This document shows positions 19,727-29,183 of a stretch of 64,000 bases of DNA, piece by piece (within the stretch, counting starts at the first letter, position 1; each line of letters begins with the position of its first letter). Under the pieces are notes generated by a model. That model made no database searches, was not told the origin of the DNA, and worked only from the letters and a program-made list of their open reading frames with translations. The position numbers and the translations under genes were made by a program. Source of the stretch: Spirochaetia bacterium (GTDB lineage Bacteria > Spirochaetota > Spirochaetia > UBA9216); assembly GCA_963675665.1 (NCBI GenBank), contig OY776510.1, positions 3,712,001 to 3,776,000 of the forward strand, written 5' to 3'.

Positions 19727-22288
19727 ATGATAATATCAAAACACGCTGATCATACTGAAAAGCTATGCGGAATACGAGCCGAAGACATACACAAGTGGAT
19801 TGACGGGTATTTCGACAGACATAGTTTTGAGAATTTTATCGAATACGGCAGAACGCAGGGTTATGATCCGTATAACCACAGGCAGTTCAGACACTGCATT
19901 GAAGCCCTTCCCGAAGCTGTTAAGGAATTTTCCGACAAATACAGCAACAAGGATATTGAGTGCGTATTTAAATGTCACCTGGCTGATGATTATAGCGGAT
20001 ATATTCCCAACCGGGCGGATTTCACCGACGGACGCTTCATAAATAAATACCATGAAACTGCCGAAGAACCCGAAGCTGTTCTCAGCAGGACCGAGCTGGA
20101 AAAATATTTTAAAGGTCTGCATTATAAAAGTGAAGACAGGAACAAACGGCAGGGTCCTTTAAATCGGTTTTTTCTCAGAATAGCGTTGCCGTCAACAGCA
20201 GCTGTCGCTCTGTTTGTCGCCGCAGTATTCCTTTTCATGCTTCCGCAGTTTCATGACAGCCTTATGGCTGAAAAGGAGAACACCCTTGAGGAAATAACAT
20301 CGGTTGCCGTCAGCATACTGGACTACTATGCAGGGCTTGAAGCCTCCGGCGAGCTCTCCAGGGATGAAGCCCAGCGGGCATCCATAGAGGAGATAACCAA
20401 GCTTCGATATGGTCCCGATAATGACAATTACTTCTGGATTACGGACATGACGCCCGTGATGATTATGCATCCGTGGCGCCCTGATCTTATTGGTACCGAC
20501 CTGAGTGATTACAAGGACAGCATGAATCGCAGCGGTAAAAGACTTTTTGTTGAATCCGTAAAACTTGTTAATGAATCGGGAGGCGGCTTCCTTGAATACC
20601 TCTGGCAGCTTGATGAAAACGACAATCGTACTGTCCCGAAACTTTCCCGGGTAGAGGGATTTGCACTTTGGGGATGGATTATCGGAACAGGTATATACGT
20701 TAACGATGTTGAAGATGAAATTTCAGGATTAAGCAGACAGCTTGTAATAATTTTATTTTTAATCTCGGCTGTCCTGACTGTATTTCTTCTATACCTTGCG
20801 CTCCAAAGCCTCAGAATAGAACGTGAACGCAGACAGGCTGAAGCAGGGCTGATTGAAGCCAAGGAAAGGTATAGAGCCCTTGTTGAAGCCTCCAATGAAG
20901 GCTACCTCCTGATAGTGAACGGCTTGAATATCTTTTCAAACCATACCTTCAGGCGCATGACCGGCTTCCAGGAGGAAGAGATTGCCCAACCTGATTTTAC
21001 AAAAAAACTTTTTCCTGAAATAGACACAAACCAAAGAATTAAAAAACTTATTGATGAAATAAGCCGTCCGGGTTCTGCGGAATTTGAAGCCGTTATTGCA
21101 TGCCGAAGCGGTGCACGACTTGATGTTATAGTACGTAAATCCAACATTTTCCTGACAGAGTATAACGGCGTAATAGTCTCTTTCCGGTTGCTTCTTGGCA
21201 ACAGAAATATATTCTCTCCGTTTTTTGCTGCCGACACATCTCAGGCTGATCCTTATATTCTGTTTGATCAACTTGACGAAAGTCTGAACGCCATCAATGC
21301 TGTCCGTATACTGAATCTGCTTCCGGTTGCCGTCAGAACGCTTGTTTCCGACAGGGCCACATCAGAAGACATCCGCATTTTCATTTCAGACATCTATAAA
21401 AAAGGCCTTAAAAAGATTGCTTTTTTTGCTGAACAGGAACTCGGACCGCCTGTCTGTGAATATACTTTTCTGTCGCTGGGCAGCAGCGGCCGCAGCGAAC
21501 TGACTCTTTTTTCCGATCAGGACAATGCTCTTGTATTTCGAAGTGATGCCATTGATCCGGAACCCGTAAGACTTTACTTTCTTAATCTTGCAAACAGGAT
21601 CTGCAGTCTTCTAAACCAGGCGGGATTTCCTTTCTGTCCCGGCGGAATTATGGCGGTAAATCCGGCATATTGCCTTAGCTTGCAGGAATGGAAAAACAGA
21701 TACAAAGAGTGGTTTAACCAGGCGGATAAAATCTCGATTCTGGATATACACGTTTTCTTTGATATCACAACAGGATGGGGCTCCGACAGCCTGGTAAAAG
21801 AATTATACAGCTTTATTTTCTCGCAGAATGGTGTCAGTTCCGAATTCCTTCTTCACTTTGCACGCAACTGTCTTGAATACAAAGCGCCGCAGGGTATTCT
21901 AGGCAGTCTGAAAACTGAAATTCATGACGGGGTTCAGGTAATTAATCTGAAAGAAACCCTGATACCGCTGGTAAATTTCGCCCGCATTTCAGCACTAAGA
22001 GACGGAATAGAAAATCCTTCAACAACAGGCCGGCTTGAAATCTTGTACAGTAGCGGAAAGATTGACCTGGCATCATTTACAGAAATAACCCGTGCATTCG
22101 GAACCCTCTGGAAACTCAGGTTTTCCAATCAGGTTTTTGCCCATGGCGAGCTTAGAAAGGTCAACGATGATCTTGATCCGACGGCTCTCAATGCAAGGGA
22201 TTTAAAAGAACTTAAAGATGCAGTATCGGTAATCGCGGCGGTTCAGTCGCGTCTGAGCTATGAATTTCTCGGCGTGGATCTGTCATAA
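19727..22288 (+). CDS. Membrane sensor: His-rich N-terminal domain (DUF6915-like)-TM-sCache_2-TM-PAS-DUF294 nucleotidyltransferase-DUF294_C
   Basis: IHKWID/HRQFRH/HLADD; LRYGPDNDNYFWI..IMHP..GWIIGTGIYV (sCache_2); ERYRALVEAS (PAS); LGSSGRSELTLFSDQDNAL and CPGGIMAVNP (DUF294). Confidence 0.8.
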   Translation: MIISKHADHTEKLCGIRAEDIHKWIDGYFDRHSFENFIEYGRTQGYDPYNHRQFRHCIEALPEAVKEFSDKYSNKDIECVFKCHLADDYSGYIPNRADFTDGRFINKYHETAEEPEAVLSRTELEKYFKGLHYKSEDRNKRQGPLNRFFLRIALPSTAAVALFVAAVFLFMLPQFHDSLMAEKENTLEEITSVAVSILDYYAGLEASGELSRDEAQRASIEEITKLRYGPDNDNYFWITDMTPVMIMHPWRPDLIGTDLSDYKDSMNRSGKRLFVESVKLVNESGGGFLEYLWQLDENDNRTVPKLSRVEGFALWGWIIGTGIYVNDVEDEISGLSRQLVIILFLISAVLTVFLLYLALQSLRIERERRQAEAGLIEAKERYRALVEASNEGYLLIVNGLNIFSNHTFRRMTGFQEEEIAQPDFTKKLFPEIDTNQRIKKLIDEISRPGSAEFEAVIACRSGARLDVIVRKSNIFLTEYNGVIVSFRLLLGNRNIFSPFFAADTSQADPYILFDQLDESLNAINAVRILNLLPVAVRTLVSDRATSEDIRIFISDIYKKGLKKIAFFAEQELGPPVCEYTFLSLGSSGRSELTLFSDQDNALVFRSDAIDPEPVRLYFLNLANRICSLLNQAGFPFCPGGIMAVNPAYCLSLQEWKNRYKEWFNQADKISILDIHVFFDITTGWGSDSLVKELYSFIFSQNGVSSEFLLHFARNCLEYKAPQGILGSLKTEIHDGVQVINLKETLIPLVNFARISALRDGIENPSTTGRLEILYSSGKIDLASFTEITRAFGTLWKLRFSNQVFAHGELRKVNDDLDPTALNARDLKELKDAVSVIAAVQSRLSYEFLGVDLS

Positions 22289-22690
22289 GCAGCAATTTCG
22301 GACAGCAGCAGCGGTGCCGCGATATTTGTAAAAACGCCGGAAGATTTCAACAGCTGGACAGTAACCTCATCCGTACATGCTTTAGGCGTAATGCCCATTT
22401 CTGTAACAGCCCGCGTAAAATCAATATAGACGCTGCGGTATGCATTAATCTCTTCTTTAAGCAGTTTTCTCTTTTTCGGAAAAAAAAGCAGTGTGAATAT
22501 ACCTTCAACAGACAATGTCCCGATCAATACCTGCTGCAGTTTTGAAGGCAGGTCAATATCGTAATGATGGGTCCTTTCCCCCTCAATCAGGCCGGGCAAT
22601 ACTCCCAGATAAAGAATCCGGTCGTCACTGCCTGCCTTGAAGAGGTATCCGCCCTTCTCTGTAAGAATTTCCCTGCTGTTGAATGCGGAA
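22258..22690 (-). pseudogene. Probable 5'-truncated gene remnant
   Basis: The open frame extends upstream of the TTG at 22599 to the actP terminator, with no ATG or RBS seen. Confidence 0.35.
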
Positions 22691-22693
22691 ACA

Positions 22694-22725
22694 AGGGCCG
22701 ACCTCTGCCTGAGATCGGCCTTTTT
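22694..22725. terminator. Terminator hairpin downstream of actP (possibly bidirectional)
   Basis: GGCCGACCTC-TGCCT-GAGATCGGCC with a T run on + and CTTGTTT on -. Confidence 0.65.
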
Positions 22726-22729
22726 ATTA

Positions 22730-24637
22730 TTAATTACCAGCTGTTTCAGTTTCTTTTTTAACCTGGGTCAGAAGCGATACTATAACCAGGGTCAGCAAAC
22801 TGAGCGGAATTGATATAATACCCGGATTATCAATAGGTATTATCGCCTGCGACGCACTGAGTCCGTAACGCTCAAACATGCTCGGCGACAACAGAATTAT
22901 TCCGATAGCCGAAACCATGCCTACGGCAACTGATGCAGCAATACCCTTTGCAGTTGTTTTCTTCCAGAAAAGAAGCATGATGATAGCCGGAAAGTTGGCT
23001 GAGGCAGCAATTGCAAATGCCCATCCGACAAGAAACGATACATTCATTCCTTTAAAAAGGATACCAAGCAGTATGGCTATAATTCCTACGCTTACGGCAG
23101 CTATCTTTCCGATAATGACCTTTTTCCTGTCGGTCATTTCCACTTTAAAGTATCTGTCTACCAAATCATGTGCAACCGCGCCCGAAGCAGCAACAATCAG
23201 TCCGCTGACCGTTCCAAGGACCGTTGCGAATGCTATTGCGGAGATTATTGAGAACAGTACCTTGCCGAAAGCCTTTGCAAGCAACGGCGCGGCCATATTC
23301 GAACTCTCTACATCAAGAACGCCGTTAGTCATTGCACCTAGACCAATAAACAGGGTAAGTATATAGAAAAATCCTATTGCTATTATAGCAAGAATCGTAG
23401 ATTTCCTGGCATCCCTGGCGCTTGGAACCGTATAGTACCTTATTAATACATGAGGAAGTGCTGATGTGCCGAAGAACAGTGCCAGCATCAGCGAAACAAA
23501 GTTCATCTTGGATACAGGGGTTGCGCCCTTATCTACCTTGAATTTCAAACCGGGTCGAAGGATCTCGCTTCCCGGAGTGGGCTCCTGGTACCAGACGGAA
23601 ACATGACCGTCCTCGTAATCAAAGACATGTTTGGTAAAGCGGATTACAGTGCTGCTTTCGATTGTTGATATATAACTGAACGGGGTCAGAGGCCCTGTTG
23701 CATCAACCTCCTCACCGTCAACGATTATCCTGTCAAGATGCCCTACCGGATAAAAACGCTCTTCCTCTATCGGAGCCCCGTTATACAGCATTCCACTGTC
23801 TTCCAAATCAACAATGCTCAGGGCCTCGGTAAGCTTTCCCTCTTCGGTAAGCATCCACCAGTTGTCATACCCGTTATTGTGAAGCCTGACAAAACTGCCG
23901 ACTGAATCCCTGTATTGTCCGGTTATCTCATACCCGGGTTCGGCTATGGATGTTATATCTTCTCCGGCAGTCACTGCAGTCAATTCTGTAAAATCATGGT
24001 AATCGTCAGAAACATCCTTATCAAATCCTCTTGTTATTAACAGAACGACCAGAACTGTTGAAAAAACTATCAGAAGAGCACCTTTAATAAACTGAACATA
24101 CGTTGTTGATTTCATTCCTGCTGTCGCTACTATAAAAATAACAATGGACCCGACCATTATTACACCTGCATAATGCGGAAGTCCCAAAAGAGGGGTTACA
24201 AGAGCGCCGGCGCCTACCATCTGCGGTATAAGATAGAAGATGGAAACAAGAAGAGTGCTGATTCCGGCCATAAGCTGAATGGCAGGTGAATTGAACCTGG
24301 AATCAAGGGCATCGGTAAAAGTGTACTTTCCAAGTTTTTTCATCGGTTCGGCAACAACAAACAGGGCCATTACCCACCCTGCAAGATAACCTATCGAATA
24401 GAGAAACCCATCGTATCCCGAAAACGCAATCATTCCGCATATACCGAGAAACGATGCTGCAGACAGATAGTCTCCGGCAAAAGCGATACCGTTCACGGAC
24501 CAGGGAATGGTGCCGCCTGCGGCAAAATACCCTTTTGCAGAGCTTGTTTTTCTTGCGGACAGAATTGAAATTGTCAGGACCGAAGCAACAATAGCCAGAA
24601 AGAGAATTATCGGCATTAAAGAAGCGTTATAAATCAT
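22730..24637 (-). CDS. actP: Cation/acetate symporter (SSS family, ActP-like) with a large extramembrane insert
   Basis: NGIAFAGDYLSAASFLG, YLIPQMVGAG, GMKSTTYVQ, GTSALPHVLIRYYTVP, FAIAASANFP. Confidence 0.9.
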   Translation of the reverse strand: MIYNASLMPIILFLAIVASVLTISILSARKTSSAKGYFAAGGTIPWSVNGIAFAGDYLSAASFLGICGMIAFSGYDGFLYSIGYLAGWVMALFVVAEPMKKLGKYTFTDALDSRFNSPAIQLMAGISTLLVSIFYLIPQMVGAGALVTPLLGLPHYAGVIMVGSIVIFIVATAGMKSTTYVQFIKGALLIVFSTVLVVLLITRGFDKDVSDDYHDFTELTAVTAGEDITSIAEPGYEITGQYRDSVGSFVRLHNNGYDNWWMLTEEGKLTEALSIVDLEDSGMLYNGAPIEEERFYPVGHLDRIIVDGEEVDATGPLTPFSYISTIESSTVIRFTKHVFDYEDGHVSVWYQEPTPGSEILRPGLKFKVDKGATPVSKMNFVSLMLALFFGTSALPHVLIRYYTVPSARDARKSTILAIIAIGFFYILTLFIGLGAMTNGVLDVESSNMAAPLLAKAFGKVLFSIISAIAFATVLGTVSGLIVAASGAVAHDLVDRYFKVEMTDRKKVIIGKIAAVSVGIIAILLGILFKGMNVSFLVGWAFAIAASANFPAIIMLLFWKKTTAKGIAASVAVGMVSAIGIILLSPSMFERYGLSASQAIIPIDNPGIISIPLSLLTLVIVSLLTQVKKETETAGN

Positions 24638-24930
24638 TTTTCATCTTCTCCTTCGTCCGATAAAGCATTTAATTCATTTTCTTTTTTCGTACATATTGCG
24701 TTATAGACTATTCCGGCAATTATTGCCAGGATAATAAGTCCGAACCCGTAAGTGACGGCCAGATTCAAGCCCAGAACAACAGAAACCCCCATAAGTTTGG
24801 GAGCTACAGTGTTTATAATGATAAATCCGGCATACACAACAGCATAAGCAATAAACATTCGGATTCCTATTTTCTTTTTAAATTCAGATGCTGGATCTTT
24901 CCCGGCGGGAACGGCAGGTTCGTGCAACAT
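24634..24930 (-). CDS. DUF485 (YjcH-like) small membrane protein
   Basis: Two TM helices, overlaps the actP start, which is the canonical yjcH-actP arrangement. Confidence 0.85.
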   Translation of the reverse strand: MLHEPAVPAGKDPASEFKKKIGIRMFIAYAVVYAGFIIINTVAPKLMGVSVVLGLNLAVTYGFGLIILAIIAGIVYNAICTKKENELNALSDEGEDEK

Positions 24931-25117
24931 TAAATTCTCCTTTTAATAATGTTTATTAACAATATCATATTAATATGGATAGTCAAGTTTTATACTGTTT
25001 ACAATTTCAAAACGATTTCAAAATGATCATTCAAATTGTATAGCCAAGAAAACTATAATTTTGTATAGTAACCCGCTGATTCTTCAGCTAAAGTTATATA
25101 AATCATGGGAGATTTTA

Positions 25118-25726
25118 ATGTCTACATCACAGACTTACGGAAACCCGGCGCCGTTAGGCCTTCTGGGTTTCGGTTTGACTACAGTTCTGCTTAATATTCA
25201 CAATGCAGGGTTTTATCCTCTTACATCGATGATACTCGGAATGGGAATTTTCGTCGGGGGGCTGGCACAGGTCATTGCCGGTATCCAGGAATGGAAAGTC
25301 AATAATACCTTTGGTGCCACAGCATTCACTTTGTACGGTTTTTTCTGGCTGTCATTTGTTGCACTCAAGGTTTTACCTTCAGAAACAGTTATGTCAGCCG
25401 CTTCCGCTGATATGGGTTTTTATCTGCTTTTGTGGGGGCTGTTCACTCTTTTCATGTTTTTCGGAACACTTAAAATCAGCCGCGCACACCAGACTGTTTT
25501 CATGAGTCTGACTATTCTTTTTTTCCTTCTTGCAATCGCCGATTTTACGGAAAATCATACAATTAAAACAATTGCAGGATTTGAAGGTATTTTCTGCGGA
25601 GCTTCCGCTTTCTACACTGCTGCAGCAATTGTGCTTAACGAGGTGTATGGGAAAACAATCCTGCCGCTTGGAATTGCCGCAGATGTAATCGCAGGCAAAG
25701 CGGAACTTGAAGCAATAGCAATCTGA
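25118..25726 (+). CDS. satP: Acetate uptake transporter (GPR1/FUN34/YaaH, SatP)
   Basis: [14 protein letters not shown] signature, [15 protein letters not shown]. Confidence 0.93.
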   Translation: MSTSQTYGNPAPLGLLGFGLTTVLLNIHNAGFYPLTSMILGMGIFVGGLAQVIAGIQEWKVNNTFGATAFTLYGFFWLSFVALKVLPSETVMSAASADMGFYLLLWGLFTLFMFFGTLKISRAHQTVFMSLTILFFLLAIADFTENHTIKTIAGFEGIFCGASAFYTAAAIVLNEVYGKTILPLGIAADVIAGKAELEAIAI

Positions 25727-25738
25727 TTCTTTCTTCCG

Positions 25739-26752
25739 TCAGGGATATGTCTTCCTGAATCCGGCTACTCTTGAGCCGGCGCCGAGATCAACATCAGATC
25801 GGTCGCCGCGCTTAAGGTAGTGGTAACCCAAACCTGCCACCATGGCGGCATTATCGGTGCACAGCTCCATTAACGGAAAAAACACCTCTATATTATTCTT
25901 TTTTGCAAGCAAAGTTCGTAAATATGAATTAGCCGCGACACCGCCGCCTGCTACAACCCTGTTTATTCCCGTATCACCGACAGCCTTAAAAAGTCTTTTT
26001 GTCAGCATCTTTATGGCCGCCTTCTGAAAAGATGCGGCAATATTCTCCGGAGTTTTTTCGTAACCCTCATTATGAAACTGATCAAGCTGGTTTATAACGG
26101 CAGTTTTCAGACCCGAATATGAAACATCATAACGGTGTTCGCCCTTGTGAAGCGAAGGATCAGGGAAACTGAATGCCGAAGGGTCCCCCTTCGCTGCAAG
26201 CCGGTCTATAAGAAGTCCGCCGGGATAACCGAAGCCGTAATGCTTGGCAACCTTGTCGTATGCTTCACCGCATGCATCATCAATTGTGGTACCCAGAACC
26301 TCTACTTTATCAAATGAGCTTACTACTGATATTATTGTATGGCCTCCTGATACTATAAGACCTATGAAAGGATAATTTATATCATATTCGAGCTGTGCAG
26401 CATACATATGGGCAAGTATATGGTCTATACCGATAAACGGTATACCTGCAGATAAAGAAAGCCCCTTTGCAAATGACAGGCCTACCATTAGCGAACCTAT
26501 CAGGCCGGGTCTGTTGGTTACAGCAATACCGTCTATATCATTCAGTGTTTTGCCGGAAGCATCAATTGCATTCTCGACTACGCTTTTTATCCACTCGGTA
26601 TGAGTTCTTGATGCGATCTCCGGGACAACTCCGTCATAGGGTTTATGAATATCAATCTGTGTTGCGATATTATTGCTCAGGATTTTCTTTCCGTTTTCGA
26701 CCACTGCGGCCGAACACTCATCACATGAACTTTCAATACCCAGAACCAACAT
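25739..26752 (-). CDS. tsaD: tRNA N6-adenosine threonylcarbamoyltransferase
   Basis: LGIESSCDE, GVVPEIASRTH, HILAH, VSGGHT, DDACGEAYDK, CTDNAAM. Confidence 0.97.
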   Translation of the reverse strand: MLVLGIESSCDECSAAVVENGKKILSNNIATQIDIHKPYDGVVPEIASRTHTEWIKSVVENAIDASGKTLNDIDGIAVTNRPGLIGSLMVGLSFAKGLSLSAGIPFIGIDHILAHMYAAQLEYDINYPFIGLIVSGGHTIISVVSSFDKVEVLGTTIDDACGEAYDKVAKHYGFGYPGGLLIDRLAAKGDPSAFSFPDPSLHKGEHRYDVSYSGLKTAVINQLDQFHNEGYEKTPENIAASFQKAAIKMLTKRLFKAVGDTGINRVVAGGGVAANSYLRTLLAKKNNIEVFFPLMELCTDNAAMVAGLGYHYLKRGDRSDVDLGAGSRVAGFRKTYP

Positions 26753-26753
26753 T

Positions 26754-27713
26754 TCAGTTTTCGTCCGTAATCGCAGAATTCATTTCAAGATAAAGCTCTG
26801 AAATCTCTTTTAGTGAGAAGCCGTCCTCAATGAAATTCGGGTAAAGTTCCAGCATCAGCTCTGCAAGTTCTCCGGACATGACATGACCAATCATAACAGC
26901 ATGACCGTTCTTTCCGGCTGTTTTTTTCCCTTCGTTTATCGCTTTCTGTATTGATTCATGATCTTTTTCGTTGTCTAAAAACATACTGTTCCTTTTCATA
27001 TATTGTACTTCGTGACTTGCAGCAGACTCTTTTCCAAGACTGTTTGAAACCGTAAAACTGTCGAGGAAAAACAGATTGTTTTCCGACAGGTATTCCATAA
27101 CGGAATTCATAACAGCCGTATCGGTTGTTGCAGCCGATCCCATATGGTTGTTCATGCCATTTGCATCGGGCAGCTGCTTAAAATTATGCGCTAACACAGC
27201 TTTAATCTCTTTATCTGTCATGCCCGTGTATATTGCTGATTTGCCGGGGTCTGCTCCGCCGACAGCTTCCATTGGCTGATGCAGAATATATTCCTTTCCG
27301 GCAGCTTTTATCATTTCGGCACATTCCCTTGTATAACGCCTGTCCGGCATTACAGCAAATGTAACCGGGAACGGAATTTCAAGAAACGCTTTGAGCTGTG
27401 CAATGCTGTTGCCCACATCATCAATAATAAAAACAAGTTCAGGGCTGTAGACTACATCGGGTTTTTCAGGAATTCCTGCCGTATTTTCAATAACACTATC
27501 GGTTTTCCCGTCAGGTATTTCTTCCTGTTTCGGCACAACTTTATCAGTTGGTTCCGCCGTATATTCAAATTCAGAAACCTGATATTCTGCCGATCCTGCA
27601 TTTTTAAGTATTATCAGAATGATGCAGAGCAGAATTATTATAATTCCTATAATAATATAATAGGGTTTAAGCCCCTTGAGACCCAAACCCCTTTTTTTTC
27701 TGTTTTCAGTCAC
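26754..27713 (-). CDS. Divergent polysaccharide deacetylase family protein
   Basis: IIDDVG, ILHQPME, GMNNHMGS, FLDN, IGH; N-terminal TM. Confidence 0.9.
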   Translation of the reverse strand: MTENRKKRGLGLKGLKPYYIIIGIIIILLCIILIILKNAGSAEYQVSEFEYTAEPTDKVVPKQEEIPDGKTDSVIENTAGIPEKPDVVYSPELVFIIDDVGNSIAQLKAFLEIPFPVTFAVMPDRRYTRECAEMIKAAGKEYILHQPMEAVGGADPGKSAIYTGMTDKEIKAVLAHNFKQLPDANGMNNHMGSAATTDTAVMNSVMEYLSENNLFFLDSFTVSNSLGKESAASHEVQYMKRNSMFLDNEKDHESIQKAINEGKKTAGKNGHAVMIGHVMSGELAELMLELYPNFIEDGFSLKEISELYLEMNSAITDEN

Positions 27714-27763
27714 AGACTAAAAAATATTACTAATATCATCTTTGGTCAACTGTAATACGGTAT

Positions 27764-28603
27764 CTATCCCGTATAAACATACTCTCTAAGCTTTTCTGAT
27801 TCCTTGCTCAATTTTTTCAGGGCCCGCATTTCAATCTGTCGTACAGTTTCGGGAGAAATACCGAATTTGTCACCGATTTTTTTTAATGTATATTTCTTTC
27901 CGTCATAAAAAGAATACCGGTACAGAAGTACCTGTTTTTCCTTTTCTGCAAGTATATTCATGGTTTTCAGCGTATCCGCACGCATAAACTTGTTAAATAC
28001 TGCTGTTGCAGGTTCAAAAGATTTGTCCTCAAACATGGTTATCAATGTTCCCGCATCATCGTTTATCTCGGCATCAAGCGATACGATGTCCCCGCTCATT
28101 TGCATAATAGTTGTAAGCTCATCCTCATCAATATTCAGTTCTTTGGCTATTTCGCTTATTTTGGGCTCGCGCATGTAGACCTGACTGAGAGAATAATACG
28201 CCTGTTTGATTTTTCTGATTATTTCTTCTTTTCTGTGCGGCAACCTTATAGGGCGTCGCTTATTCGATATGGCACGTACAATAGCTTGACGTATCCACCA
28301 GGCTGCATATGTGGAAAAACGTACATTCTTCCTGTAATCATATTTCTCTGCGGCTTTCATAAGACCAAGATTTCCTTCCTGAATTACATCAAGGAAACTC
28401 ATCTCTTTGCTTACATACGGCTTCGCGATTTTTACAACCAGGCGTAAATTGGATTCAACCAGAATTTTCTGGGCATCCCTGTCTCCCGACTGTATTTTTT
28501 TTGACAATTCTATTTCCTGATCAAAATCAAGGAGCGGATACTTCTGTATCTGTCTGAAATATGATTTTATGGCACTGTCCTGAACTACTGCTCTATTTGA
28601 CAT
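27764..28603 (-). CDS. rpoS: RpoS-like sigma-70 family factor
   Basis: NLRLVVKIAK, DVIQEGNLGL, RFSTYAAWWIRQ, ETVRQIE; lacks region 1.1; GAGGTG RBS before ATG 28603; neighbourhood like Borrelia rpoS. Confidence 0.75.
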   Translation of the reverse strand: MSNRAVVQDSAIKSYFRQIQKYPLLDFDQEIELSKKIQSGDRDAQKILVESNLRLVVKIAKPYVSKEMSFLDVIQEGNLGLMKAAEKYDYRKNVRFSTYAAWWIRQAIVRAISNKRRPIRLPHRKEEIIRKIKQAYYSLSQVYMREPKISEIAKELNIDEDELTTIMQMSGDIVSLDAEINDDAGTLITMFEDKSFEPATAVFNKFMRADTLKTMNILAEKEKQVLLYRYSFYDGKKYTLKKIGDKFGISPETVRQIEMRALKKLSKESEKLREYVYTG

Positions 28604-28625
28604 ACATATCACCTCATAATAGAGA

Positions 28626-28642
28626 TGCAAAATACGTGCCAA
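28626..28642 (-). promoter_or_regulatory. Sigma54 (-24/-12) promoter
   Basis: TTGGCACGTATTTTGCA matches the consensus TGGCAC-N5-TTGC and ends 22 nt upstream of the ATG. Confidence 0.85.
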
Positions 28643-28850
28643 GAAGAATAATTTGTTTATGTATTCAATTATTTCTATACTGGATAAAGATTTATATAAT
28701 ACTCAACAAATATGTAGGTGTTTTTACTTTGAATTTGTATACTTTTTTATACGTCTCTTATTAATAAAACTGTACAGTTTGACAATTAATATAACACTTA
28801 ACAATTATTTTTCAGCGATTTTTTATATTTTTAAATAATTATTGTCCTTT

Positions 28851-29171
28851 TTATTTCACTCCGGCAAGTTCATCATACATCAGCCTCGCAATTCCGAAGC
28901 TTCCTGTATCGGCCATTGATTTGGAATATTCATCATAAAGCATATCTTCAAAAATATTTTCAGCCATCCCGCCGTCAAGTAATCCGCTTTTATTTACCGT
29001 CTTTTTCATGGTGTCAAGCATTTGCTTGATAAATAATGCCTCAAAGTCCCGGCATGCTTCCTTAAGCTTTTCTGATTCTGCATTATTTAGCTTGCCGTTT
29101 TTCATGCTGTTCAGCTGACTCTCAAGTAAAGTGTTATTGTATTGAAGGCTTGCCGTATCCGTTACCGTCAT
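28851..29171 (-). CDS. flgJ: Rod-binding single-domain FlgJ
   Basis: LKEACRDFEALFIKQML, FEDMLYDEY, FGIARLMY. Confidence 0.85.
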   Translation of the reverse strand: MTVTDTASLQYNNTLLESQLNSMKNGKLNNAESEKLKEACRDFEALFIKQMLDTMKKTVNKSGLLDGGMAENIFEDMLYDEYSKSMADTGSFGIARLMYDELAGVK

Positions 29172-29183
29172 TTATCTACCCTG

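Noticed and set aside
28604-28642. TTG start for the sigma factor at 28642
   Set aside because: This stretch is the sigma54 promoter; ATG 28603 has a proper RBS.
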